From Candidatus Eiseniibacteriota bacterium (lineage in GTDB: Bacteria > Eisenbacteria > RBG-16-71-46 > JABDJR01 > JAWXBZ01): a DNA stretch of 19,243 nucleotides. Positions 6,986 to 14,960 of the stretch are shown here, in pieces (the first letter of the stretch is position 1; each line of letters opens with the position of its first letter). The translations under genes were made by a program, and so were the position numbers. Below the pieces are notes generated by a model. It had not been told where the DNA came from, searched no databases, and was given only the letters and a program-made list of their open reading frames with translations. The DNA lies in contig JAWXBZ010000077.1 in the NCBI GenBank assembly GCA_034440375.1, forward strand, positions 1 to 19,243, in the 5' to 3' direction.

Positions 6986-8733
6986 CGAACCGACGCCCGC
7001 TGATCGACTGGCTGCCCTGGCTGCTCCTCGGATCATGTCTTCTCTACGTTGCCTCGAATCTCCGTCCGCACAGGGACGGTGAGTTTCAGTTGAGCGCTTT
7101 CGGCCGACTTCCGGTACAGGACCAGGGAAGGGTGAAGCCGCTGGATACGCTGGCCAGGACGAGCCTCATGGTCATTTCGAACCGCCAGACGTTCTGGCTG
7201 TCAGGTGAGAGCGGCACCTCGGATCGGGAGCGGGTGAACGGTCACCGGAAGACCCGGGCGGTGCAATGGCTGCTCGATGTCATCGCACGGCCAAAGCAGG
7301 CACGCGCCTATGAAATCGTTCGGATCGACCACCCGGAAGTTCTCTCTCTGATCAAGGCACCGGACAAGCGCAAGTACTTTTCGATCGATGAGATCATGGC
7401 GCAGGAGGATGAACTCGTCCGGCAGTTCGACCTGGCGAGGGGGATCGACAAGAACGACTGGACTCCGTTCCAACGGCAGTTGATGAACCTGCACAACAAG
7501 CTGGCCCTCTATTTCACGCTCGAAGATGCCGAACGCCTCCGCTTCATACCGGCCCCGAAGGGCGTCCAGGACTGGACGACAATACGGAGTGCCGGCGTGG
7601 GCAACAGCTCCGGCGGTCAATCGATGGCGTACGCGCGCTCGCTGACCGAGTCGCTCATCGCCTGGCGGGATCAGGATTTCGCCGCGTTCAACGCGGCCGT
7701 CAAGGCGGCTTCCGGGCTCACCGACGAGGTGGCTTCGAAGACGCGGGCCCGCCTGAATCATGAATGGGATTTCAACCAGGCGGCCCCCTTCATGATGGCG
7801 ATGGCCCTCTATGTCATCGTGTTCGTCCTGGCCGCCCTTTCCTGGCTGAGGAATGAGGGGCCGCTGGCCCGTTCGGCGCTCTGGATCCTGACCCTCGCCC
7901 TGGTCGTCCACACCGTCGGGCTGATCTCACGGATCTATATCCAGGGACGCCCCCCCGTCACCAACCTCTATTCCTCGGCAATTTTCGTCGGGTGGGGTGG
8001 GGTGGTGCTGGGGCTCATCCTGGAGCGCCTCTATCGGAACGGCGTCGGGTCGGTGACCGCCTCGGGCCTGGGCTTCCTGACCTTGCTCGTGGCGCACAAT
8101 CTGGCGATGGACGGCGACACGATGACCATGATGCAGGCCGTTCTCGATACGAACTTCTGGCTGGCCACCCATGTCGTCGTCATCACGCTCGGCTATGGCG
8201 CCACGTTTCTGGCCGGATTCCTGTCGATCGTCTACATCATGCGCGGCGTCTTCACCCGCGGGCTCGACCAGGACACCGCCGCGAGCCTGTCGCGGATGAT
8301 CTATGGCATCATCGCCTTCGCCACGCTGTTCAGCTTCGTCGGCACGATCCTGGGCGGCATCTGGGCCGATCAATCCTGGGGCCGCTTCTGGGGCTGGGAT
8401 CCCAAGGAAAACGGGGCGCTCCTGATCGTCCTCTGGAACGCCCTGGTCCTGCACGCCCGCTGGGGGGGGCTCGTGCGCCACCGCGGAATCGCGGTCCTTG
8501 GCGTGGCCGGAAACATCGTCACGAGCTGGTCCTGGTTCGGCACCAACATGCTCGGCGTTGGCCTGCACGCCTATGGCTTCATCGAATCGGCCCTTTTCTG
8601 GATGTTCGTCTTCGTGGGTTCCCAGCTGGCCATCATCGGCATCGGCCTGATCCCGCTTGACCGCTGGCGGAGCTCGCTGGCGCGTCCAACAGCCACGGTC
8701 GTCCCGCCGACCGTTTCCACCATCGAAACGTGA
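6982..8733 (+). CDS. ccsA: Cytochrome c biogenesis protein CcsA/ResC (System II) with N-terminal extracytoplasmic domain
   Basis: WWD motif GGIWADQSWGRFWGWDPKE; conserved His in WLATHV and GLHAYG; multiple TM helices; GRVKPLDT motif in the extra N-terminal domain. Confidence 0.96.
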   Translation: MTNRRPLIDWLPWLLLGSCLLYVASNLRPHRDGEFQLSAFGRLPVQDQGRVKPLDTLARTSLMVISNRQTFWLSGESGTSDRERVNGHRKTRAVQWLLDVIARPKQARAYEIVRIDHPEVLSLIKAPDKRKYFSIDEIMAQEDELVRQFDLARGIDKNDWTPFQRQLMNLHNKLALYFTLEDAERLRFIPAPKGVQDWTTIRSAGVGNSSGGQSMAYARSLTESLIAWRDQDFAAFNAAVKAASGLTDEVASKTRARLNHEWDFNQAAPFMMAMALYVIVFVLAALSWLRNEGPLARSALWILTLALVVHTVGLISRIYIQGRPPVTNLYSSAIFVGWGGVVLGLILERLYRNGVGSVTASGLGFLTLLVAHNLAMDGDTMTMMQAVLDTNFWLATHVVVITLGYGATFLAGFLSIVYIMRGVFTRGLDQDTAASLSRMIYGIIAFATLFSFVGTILGGIWADQSWGRFWGWDPKENGALLIVLWNALVLHARWGGLVRHRGIAVLGVAGNIVTSWSWFGTNMLGVGLHAYGFIESALFWMFVFVGSQLAIIGIGLIPLDRWRSSLARPTATVVPPTVSTIET

Positions 8734-8765
8734 CCAAACGCTAGTCAGTCAATCCACCGGTGGCG

Positions 8766-11048
8766 CTACGCCATCGGCAGTTCGCGATCCAGCCAGGCCT
8801 CCCAATCACTGCTGCCGGGAGGGCGTGCGGGAAGTGCACCCAGCCACAAGCGGGCCTTCTGCACCAGGAATTGCCATTCGGCTTCCCGATCCGGATCCCG
8901 GAGGAGATGCCGCAGGGCCACCAGCGTGGCCACGATGCGACCGCCCAGGTCCTTGTCCACGGCGAGCTGTTTGAGAAGGGGCTGGAGCGCCTTCTTCTTC
9001 AGTGACACGGCCGTGAGGAACGCCGAATCCAACTTCCAGGATCCGTCCGCCAACTGCAACAGGAGGAGTTGAGTTTCTGGATCGGGTCGAACCTTATCTG
9101 CCCACGGCCTGGATCGGTGAGCAGACTCCACGTCGCAAAGGGTCAGTCCGGCCCGGCCGACAAGAGGTGAGCGAGCCGGACTGGCGGATGTGTAGTTTCT
9201 CTCGAACAACATGCCGTCCGTTGGCGACCCCCACCCGCGCGTGAGCGCGACCGGAATATGCCGAAACTCCGGCTGGATATCCGGATTCGCATCGGGGATC
9301 ACTTCCACCCCGATGAAGCTCGTTTCCGAGGAGAGAACGCCGTAGCGGCGGCTCAACGCGACGATGCGGGCGACGGCAAGGCGATCCTGCCGCGCAACTC
9401 GTCGCGATCGGGACCGGTCAGTTTGGGCGACTTGTTCCTCCTCGATCTCGCGGATGGCGGCCCGGGCCAGAAGCGCCGGCAAGGCCTCCTCATCGATGGG
9501 ATCCCCGGTGTCGAATTCCTGGGTCCACGAGAGCGGTCCGTTCGGGCCGACGGCATGCAGAGTGACGCGGACATGTCGATTGCGAGCCAGTCGGGCATAG
9601 AGCCGTACCACGGCGTCTTCCGACAGCGGGGGCAGTCGGCCCGGCGTCACGAGGTCGGGCGTCGCGCCCTCCCAGGTGAGCCGAACGTCGGTGAATGTCG
9701 GGCCGGTGATGCGGCCGAACTGACGCATCACTTTTTGTTCGATGCGTTCTCCTGGAAAGACGAACTCGGCGCCCCCGCCGCCGCTGCGCGCGATGATGCG
9801 GGCCAGATGTTCGTTGACACCCCGGCCGATGCCGAAGGTAAAGACCGCGGTTTCGGGATGACTGGCGACGAGCGTCGCGACCTCGTCCTCATTGCTGACC
9901 TGACCATCGGTGACGAGCACGACGCGGCGCCGGGCGAAGGACTTGTGACCCAGAATGAATTGAAGTGGCGCCAGCATTTCGGTGCCACCCAGATCGGCAT
10001 GAATTTCGGAAACGTGTCCGGTGGCGGCTTCCAGGGATTTCTGGCTGTATGGAACGCTCGTACCGAACAGGGATTCGAACGTGCTGCCGAAGCCGATGAT
10101 GTTGAAGCAATCCCCCTCGATCAGCGAACGAAGACAGATCTGGAGCGTGCGCCGCGCCTGTTCGATGCTCTCTCCCTCCATGGATCCGGACCGGTCGATG
10201 AGAAATACGATCTCGCAGGGCTGACGGGGGAACGCATCGAACGCCGGTCGAAACTCAACTCCTGCGATGCACTCCGTTTCTCCGTCACGAACGACCAGGG
10301 CGGACGACTCGGGAGCCGCCTCGAAGCGAATGTTCAAAACGACGTCCTGGTCGAGTGTTGTCTGCCGGTCGCAGAGCGTCACCACCGCGCCACCGCCCGC
10401 GAACTCGGTCCGCACCGGGTGCGACACGCACTCGACTTCACGAACCGGCGAGTTGCCACGGATGGCCACACGAAGGCGCAAGCCGTAGGGCACGGCATTC
10501 CGGAGCGGTGGACAGATGTCGCTCAGCTCGGAGGGATCGAGAGTGGCCGCCTGCTCCGCCGGTACGTACCGCGGCGATATCGTGGTCGGGATCAGGAGGC
10601 GCAGACTGTCGCCATGGCGCTCCAGCTCCGACGCCGTGCCGATAGTGACCACGGCCTCCTCGCCCGGGAGCAGATTTCCGAGCGACAGCGTGAGGATATT
10701 GGGCCGATCCTGGTCGAGAAGGATGGCCCGATTGCCGGCGGCCAGCGCGTCGTCATAGGCCGCCAGGGCCAGATCCTTCTCGTCGATTGCCGCGCGTATC
10801 AGGCGATCACCGATGCGAACCTCGAGTCGGTGCATGGCCGACAGGTCGCCGACGGGAAAACTGTAGAGGGCCTCGATCGGCACACGCTCGCCGTTTCGGT
10901 AGAACTGACGAAGGGTAAGGTTCGACACGGTGTCATGCACCGATACGTCGATTTCGACGGCAAGCAGGGGGACGCGAGCTCCGTCCCGTGTTGTCATCAC
11001 CCCGCTCGCCAGGTCCGCGGAGTCATTCAGTTGTTGTTGGATTGGCAT
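8766..11048 (-). CDS. VIT + vWA domain protein with VWA5A/PARP4-like C-terminal domain, 760 aa
   Basis: Start reassigned to ATG 11048 (SD GAGGTG at 11060-11055). VIT domain (QFYRN...IEALYSFP...GNLLPGE). MIDAS residues DRSGS / GGTE / TDG. C-terminal LQLADGSW...ATLVAL...EWQFLVQKARLWL. Confidence 0.93.
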   Translation of the reverse strand: MPIQQQLNDSADLASGVMTTRDGARVPLLAVEIDVSVHDTVSNLTLRQFYRNGERVPIEALYSFPVGDLSAMHRLEVRIGDRLIRAAIDEKDLALAAYDDALAAGNRAILLDQDRPNILTLSLGNLLPGEEAVVTIGTASELERHGDSLRLLIPTTISPRYVPAEQAATLDPSELSDICPPLRNAVPYGLRLRVAIRGNSPVREVECVSHPVRTEFAGGGAVVTLCDRQTTLDQDVVLNIRFEAAPESSALVVRDGETECIAGVEFRPAFDAFPRQPCEIVFLIDRSGSMEGESIEQARRTLQICLRSLIEGDCFNIIGFGSTFESLFGTSVPYSQKSLEAATGHVSEIHADLGGTEMLAPLQFILGHKSFARRRVVLVTDGQVSNEDEVATLVASHPETAVFTFGIGRGVNEHLARIIARSGGGGAEFVFPGERIEQKVMRQFGRITGPTFTDVRLTWEGATPDLVTPGRLPPLSEDAVVRLYARLARNRHVRVTLHAVGPNGPLSWTQEFDTGDPIDEEALPALLARAAIREIEEEQVAQTDRSRSRRVARQDRLAVARIVALSRRYGVLSSETSFIGVEVIPDANPDIQPEFRHIPVALTRGWGSPTDGMLFERNYTSASPARSPLVGRAGLTLCDVESAHRSRPWADKVRPDPETQLLLLQLADGSWKLDSAFLTAVSLKKKALQPLLKQLAVDKDLGGRIVATLVALRHLLRDPDREAEWQFLVQKARLWLGALPARPPGSSDWEAWLDRELPMA

Positions 11049-11061
11049 GTTGATCACCTCG

Positions 11062-11472
11062 TTAACCGCCGGAGTCGGGATTCCGATTTCCGGGCTCAAG
11101 AATGTCGCGGCAACGCCGCGTCATGTCACGCAACTGTCGGTCGGTGGGGACCGGGGTACCCGGCCCAACTTCCAGGTGAAGGCCGTCGCCCAGTTTCAAC
11201 CGGGTGACGAGTTCGCGTTCGATCGGTTCGTCCGGTACCGGCTCGCATGCGCGTCCGGTCAGGGCCGTCGTGGCCAGGTCGAGGGAAAGGCCGGTCCGTT
11301 GCAGATCCCGCAATTTCAGAATTCGATCGAGATGTTCCTGGCCGTAGTGCCGTCCGGGGCCACGTCCGTCGGGAGGCGGAATCAGCCCGCGTTGAACGTA
11401 ATAACGGACGGTGCGGCCGCTGATTCCTGCCACCTGTGCCAGCTCGGTAATGGAAAAGCGACGCGGTGTCAT
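11062..11472 (-). CDS. MerR-family HTH transcriptional regulator
   Basis: FSITELAQVAGISGRTVRYYVQRGLIPPP...YGQEHLDRILKLRDLQRTGLSL is a MerR winged HTH, followed by a short C-terminal domain. Confidence 0.93.
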   Translation of the reverse strand: MTPRRFSITELAQVAGISGRTVRYYVQRGLIPPPDGRGPGRHYGQEHLDRILKLRDLQRTGLSLDLATTALTGRACEPVPDEPIERELVTRLKLGDGLHLEVGPGTPVPTDRQLRDMTRRCRDILEPGNRNPDSGG

Positions 11473-11514
11473 GCAACTAATATGACACTAAGCTGTCGAA
11501 TTAGCAACTGTCAA
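11466..11514 (-). promoter_or_regulatory. Sigma70-type promoter(s) and palindromic operator of the MerR/VIT operon
   Basis: Minus strand: TTGACA(11514-11509)-N18-TAGTGT, and TTGCTA(11507-11502)-N17-CATATT-N6-ATG. Inverted repeat GTGTCAT-N9-ATGACAC at 11466-11488. Confidence 0.65.
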
Positions 11515-11530
11515 TATTTCAATGAACCGC

Positions 11531-12481
11531 TCAGCGCGACAAATCCACGAGGGCGGCCACCGGGCAACCAATTGTCGTGCCTCGCGCCACGTAGTCCCCC
11601 AGCATCTGCCGCGTCTGATCGCCGACCTTGGTAAAGTGATGTTGCAGATACGCTTCGAGGTCGAAGGGGACGAGGTGAGGCGCCAGTGTCAGGGCGATCC
11701 TGACGACCGGGCCGCCGACCAGGTGTCGACTCCACGGAATTTTTCGCCCCGAAGCCCGCGCGACAACGGTCATGGCCTCCCGCCCAGCCCGCGCGGCCAG
11801 CGCGGACCTCCCGCCGCGAGCGAATCGCGACAGCGACCACCCATCCAGTTCGATGCCACGAATGATCGGGAGCATGGCGGCGGAGGCAAGGCCGCCGAGA
11901 AAAGCTGCATCATGCTGCCGCCGGGCCGGACAGCCGCTACGGCCAAGCGTTGCCACGATGCTGGATATCGGCACTTCGGTCGCCGAAGGTCCGTCATACA
12001 GGCTCGCCGCGAACGGCGGAATCCAGTAAGCGATGCCCGGTCTCGGGCGCTTCTCGGTGGGGAGCGGTGTCTGCCAGGCGATGATCGCGATGACGCCGGA
12101 AATCAGGCGCTCCGCCGGGAATCGTCTTTCCAGATAGCTGCGATCGTCCAGCCCCGGCGTCAGATTTACCAGCGTGGCTTCACCAATCGACGAGAGAAAT
12201 GATTCGAGCCACGGGCCGCGCAGGGCGGGGGAGGAAATGGAAAGCCAGATCTGGTCCCACTTTTGCCGCGCCACCTCATCGGTCGTCGTCAGGACTCCGG
12301 CGGGATGAAACAGGAGGGGCGGCGGCTGGGGCGATTTCCGCAGGTCGTAGAGAACGAACCCCTGCCGCGCCGCGCCGACATGCTCTGGCTTCACGAAATA
12401 CCAGACCTCGGCGCCCCCCATCTGGAGATGCTGACCGTAGACCTGTCCCACGGCGCCCGCGCCGACAATGAGGACCTTCAT
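11531..12481 (-). CDS. Ketopantoate reductase (PanE/ApbA)-like NAD(P)-dependent oxidoreductase
   Basis: N-terminal Rossmann motif MKVLIVGAGAVGQVYG. The C-terminal domain diverges from canonical PanE. Confidence 0.78.
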   Translation of the reverse strand: MKVLIVGAGAVGQVYGQHLQMGGAEVWYFVKPEHVGAARQGFVLYDLRKSPQPPPLLFHPAGVLTTTDEVARQKWDQIWLSISSPALRGPWLESFLSSIGEATLVNLTPGLDDRSYLERRFPAERLISGVIAIIAWQTPLPTEKRPRPGIAYWIPPFAASLYDGPSATEVPISSIVATLGRSGCPARRQHDAAFLGGLASAAMLPIIRGIELDGWSLSRFARGGRSALAARAGREAMTVVARASGRKIPWSRHLVGGPVVRIALTLAPHLVPFDLEAYLQHHFTKVGDQTRQMLGDYVARGTTIGCPVAALVDLSR

Positions 12482-12783
12482 CCGCGAGGGGTACTACGAC
12501 CGGACCCGGCTTGCAAGCCCGCACCATGCGCATGCCCGATCCGGGCGCCGGCCACAGGAATACGGAAAACAGGGCGGGAACTGGAGGGTCCGCATAATCA
12601 TGTGCATCATGACCTCGTGGCCGTTGAGGTGTAAGACAATGCACCAGCCGGGTGGCAATCAGAATCTGAATCGTACAGGATTCGATTGTGGGCTGGATCA
12701 ACTTTGCGAACTTCCGACCCCCCCTAGCAATCCCCCCCGGGCTCCTGCATGCTCCTGTCGTCTGGCCATGCACCCTTGACGTG

Positions 12784-12810
12784 GGGTTCCGATCTTCGGA
12801 TGCGGAATCC
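12784..12810 (+). other. RNA hairpin with C(UUCG)G tetraloop in the putative 5' UTR
   Basis: GGGTTCCG-ATC-TTCG-GAT-g-CGGAATCC: 11-bp stem with one G-U pair and one bulge, 15 nt upstream of the GGAGG SD. Confidence 0.5.
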
Positions 12811-12837
12811 AGTGAAGCTCTTTTTGGAGGCATTGCC

Positions 12838-13719
12838 ATGAAGAAAACCGTCCTCACTACCAGTCTGGTCGCCATCGTCGTCGTCGGTTTGGCCGCATGG
12901 GTCTGGACCCTCAACCGCGACAAGCACACCGTGGAAGGGCAGTACGTCCGGGCCGTTGCCAGCGGTGACTCCCTCCGCTCCAGCTTCGACCTCGCACTCT
13001 CCTCAATTGCCGAAATCCAGGACAGCCTCACGTCCATCCTCCCCAGTGAATCGAGCGTCCTCGACATGTCGAACGACGTCGAAAAAGGGGGGGTGCTGAC
13101 CGCCTCGCGCAAGGATCAGGTCCTCCGGAGCATCACGGACCTTCAAGGCAGCATCCAGCGAAGCAAAGAGATGATCAGCGCCCTGGAGCAGCGCCTGGAT
13201 GAAAAAGATGTACAGGTGACCGCCCTTTCGAAAATCATTAACGGCCTGAAGCGGACGGTGTCCGACCGGGAACAGATGATCGCCTCGCTGAACGGGCGGG
13301 TGAAGTCGCTCCAGGTGGAAGTGACACGTCTGGAGACGGACGTGGCGGTTGGGCAGGAGCAGATCCAGACGCAACTTGGGGTCATCGAGGAGAAGCGTCG
13401 GGAGATCAGCACCGTCTACTACCTTGTGGACACCAACCGGAACCTCAAGCAGGCCGGCGTCGTCCGGAACGCGGGCGGCGTCATCGGCATCGGCAAGTCG
13501 GCCAAACTCACCGGCCAGTTTCCGAGTGGGCACTTCAGTACATTGGACACCGATATGCAGACGTCCATCCGGCTCTCCGGCAAGAAGCCGGTCGTCCTCT
13601 CCGGACAGAGCAGCACCAGCTACCAGATCGTCCCGGTCAATGAGGCCCTGTCGGAGCTTCGAATCACCAATCCGGAGGAATTCCGGAAGGTACGCTACCT
13701 GGTGATCCAGGTCGGCTGA
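12838..13719 (+). CDS. Membrane-anchored coiled-coil protein, Bacteroidota Cbp1-like family, 293 aa
   Basis: Start reassigned to ATG 12838 (GGAGG at 12826-12830). N-terminal TM helix, long heptad region, and C-terminal domain VYYLVDT...GGVIGIGK...LRITNPEEF..RYLVI resembling Bacteroides Cbp1-type proteins (from recall). Confidence 0.75.
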   Translation: MKKTVLTTSLVAIVVVGLAAWVWTLNRDKHTVEGQYVRAVASGDSLRSSFDLALSSIAEIQDSLTSILPSESSVLDMSNDVEKGGVLTASRKDQVLRSITDLQGSIQRSKEMISALEQRLDEKDVQVTALSKIINGLKRTVSDREQMIASLNGRVKSLQVEVTRLETDVAVGQEQIQTQLGVIEEKRREISTVYYLVDTNRNLKQAGVVRNAGGVIGIGKSAKLTGQFPSGHFSTLDTDMQTSIRLSGKKPVVLSGQSSTSYQIVPVNEALSELRITNPEEFRKVRYLVIQVG

Positions 13720-13776
13720 CCTTCGTTAGCCCGTGAGACATCGGCTGTCGGTCACGCCGTTGTCATTCGTCATTCT

Positions 13777-13828
13777 TCTGGCCCTGGGTTTCGTGCCGAT
13801 GGCGCGGGCCCAGGGCCAGGCTTTTAAT
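13777..13828 (+). terminator. Putative intrinsic terminator
   Basis: Perfect 11-bp arms CTGGCCCTGGG (13778-13788) / CCCAGGGCCAG (13809-13819), inner stem extendable by G-U pairs, followed by GCTTTTAAT. Confidence 0.5.
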
Positions 13829-13864
13829 CCGGAGGCCGCTTTCGAGGTCCGCCGCCAGAGGGCC

Positions 13865-14947
13865 TTAATGCGGCCCGCCGATTGCCCGGCACTCCCCCGC
13901 CGCTGCCGGCCCGACGAAGTAGGAACGGAGCAGAAACCGTAGCATCTTGTTGTTGCCGGCCATCACCTGTTCCAGGTGCCTGTTCTGCCTGTTCGTCGCC
14001 GATAAATAATAGTTCCCACTGCCAACTGCGTTCGCCTTCGCGGTCGCGGCATGATCGCGAGCCGAGGTGAATGCGGCCACGAGTCGATCCAGATGGGCGG
14101 TGTCCCGCTGCACGGGCCCATGTCCGGGCACCAGCATGGACGGACTTAACCCCCGAATCTGCCCGAGGGAAGCGAGCCACCCATCGCCAGACGTGAATGG
14201 AAACGGACCGTTCAACAGGTCCCCCGTAACTACGATTTTCTCCCCGGGCAACCACACCACGGCATCGCCGCGGGTGACCCCCTCGCCAAAGTGGTGAAGC
14301 TCAATGGTTCGCTCCCCGCGATGGAGGACCAATCGGTCGGAAAAGGTGACAGTCGGGAGCGTGAGCGTGAACCGGTGCGCCTCATCGACATGCTGTTGGG
14401 CCAGCCGAATCGTGCTCTCATAGGCCAGACGTTCCTCCGCGCTCATCAGCGAGCCATCCAGGGTCTTCTCCTCTGAAACGGCCTCCTGGAATCTCGCGAT
14501 GGCATCCGGCCCGCCATCCATCTGTTGCTTTCGATTCTCCACCGCCGTCGTGGCAAGATCCCTGCGTGTTTGCTCCTGGGAGATGATTTCGATTCCCGGA
14601 TAAGCCTGCGCCCAGACCTGATTGCCGAACGTGTGATCATCATGCCAGTGCGTGTTGATGAGGCAAGACACCGGCTTGTCGGTCAGCTTCTCGAGCGCCG
14701 CCAACACCACGCGGGTGGCCTCCAGCGTGAACTGCGTGTCGACGACCACGACATCGCTCTCGTTGATGATGAACACCGTGTTGGCGTGATTCGCCAGCCC
14801 GAGCGGCTCGTTGAAGATGACGGCGTGAATGCCGGGGGCGAGTTCCTCAATCTTGAGGTCGGCCGAGGCGTCTACCGGGGACAGGATCATGCTTGTGAAG
14901 CGCAGCGTCCCAGGGACCATCTGGCTGACGAAACGAGTCCAGGCCAT
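13865..14947 (-). CDS. MBL-fold metallo-hydrolase (cyclase-like)
   Basis: VVVDT, NTHWHDDHTFGN (HxHxDH), TGDL, VPGHG. The start is ATG 14947 or TTG 14956; weak signal-like N-terminus. Confidence 0.88.
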   Translation of the reverse strand: MAWTRFVSQMVPGTLRFTSMILSPVDASADLKIEELAPGIHAVIFNEPLGLANHANTVFIINESDVVVVDTQFTLEATRVVLAALEKLTDKPVSCLINTHWHDDHTFGNQVWAQAYPGIEIISQEQTRRDLATTAVENRKQQMDGGPDAIARFQEAVSEEKTLDGSLMSAEERLAYESTIRLAQQHVDEAHRFTLTLPTVTFSDRLVLHRGERTIELHHFGEGVTRGDAVVWLPGEKIVVTGDLLNGPFPFTSGDGWLASLGQIRGLSPSMLVPGHGPVQRDTAHLDRLVAAFTSARDHAATAKANAVGSGNYYLSATNRQNRHLEQVMAGNNKMLRFLLRSYFVGPAAAGECRAIGGPH

Positions 14948-14960
14948 GCGCGACAAACCC

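Noticed and set aside
9258-11207. 649-aa plus-strand ORF (also 2042-3085, 1122-2063, 4833-5798, 5822-7036, 15585-16976)
   Set aside because: These are antisense shadows of well-supported genes, which is expected at high GC; none has recognisable motifs.
13714-13745. GTTAGCC followed by a 10-bp match to sequence beside the attC, as a possible cassette start
   Set aside because: No attC hairpin precedes it, and 10-bp matches are expected by chance in 19 kb of GC-rich DNA.
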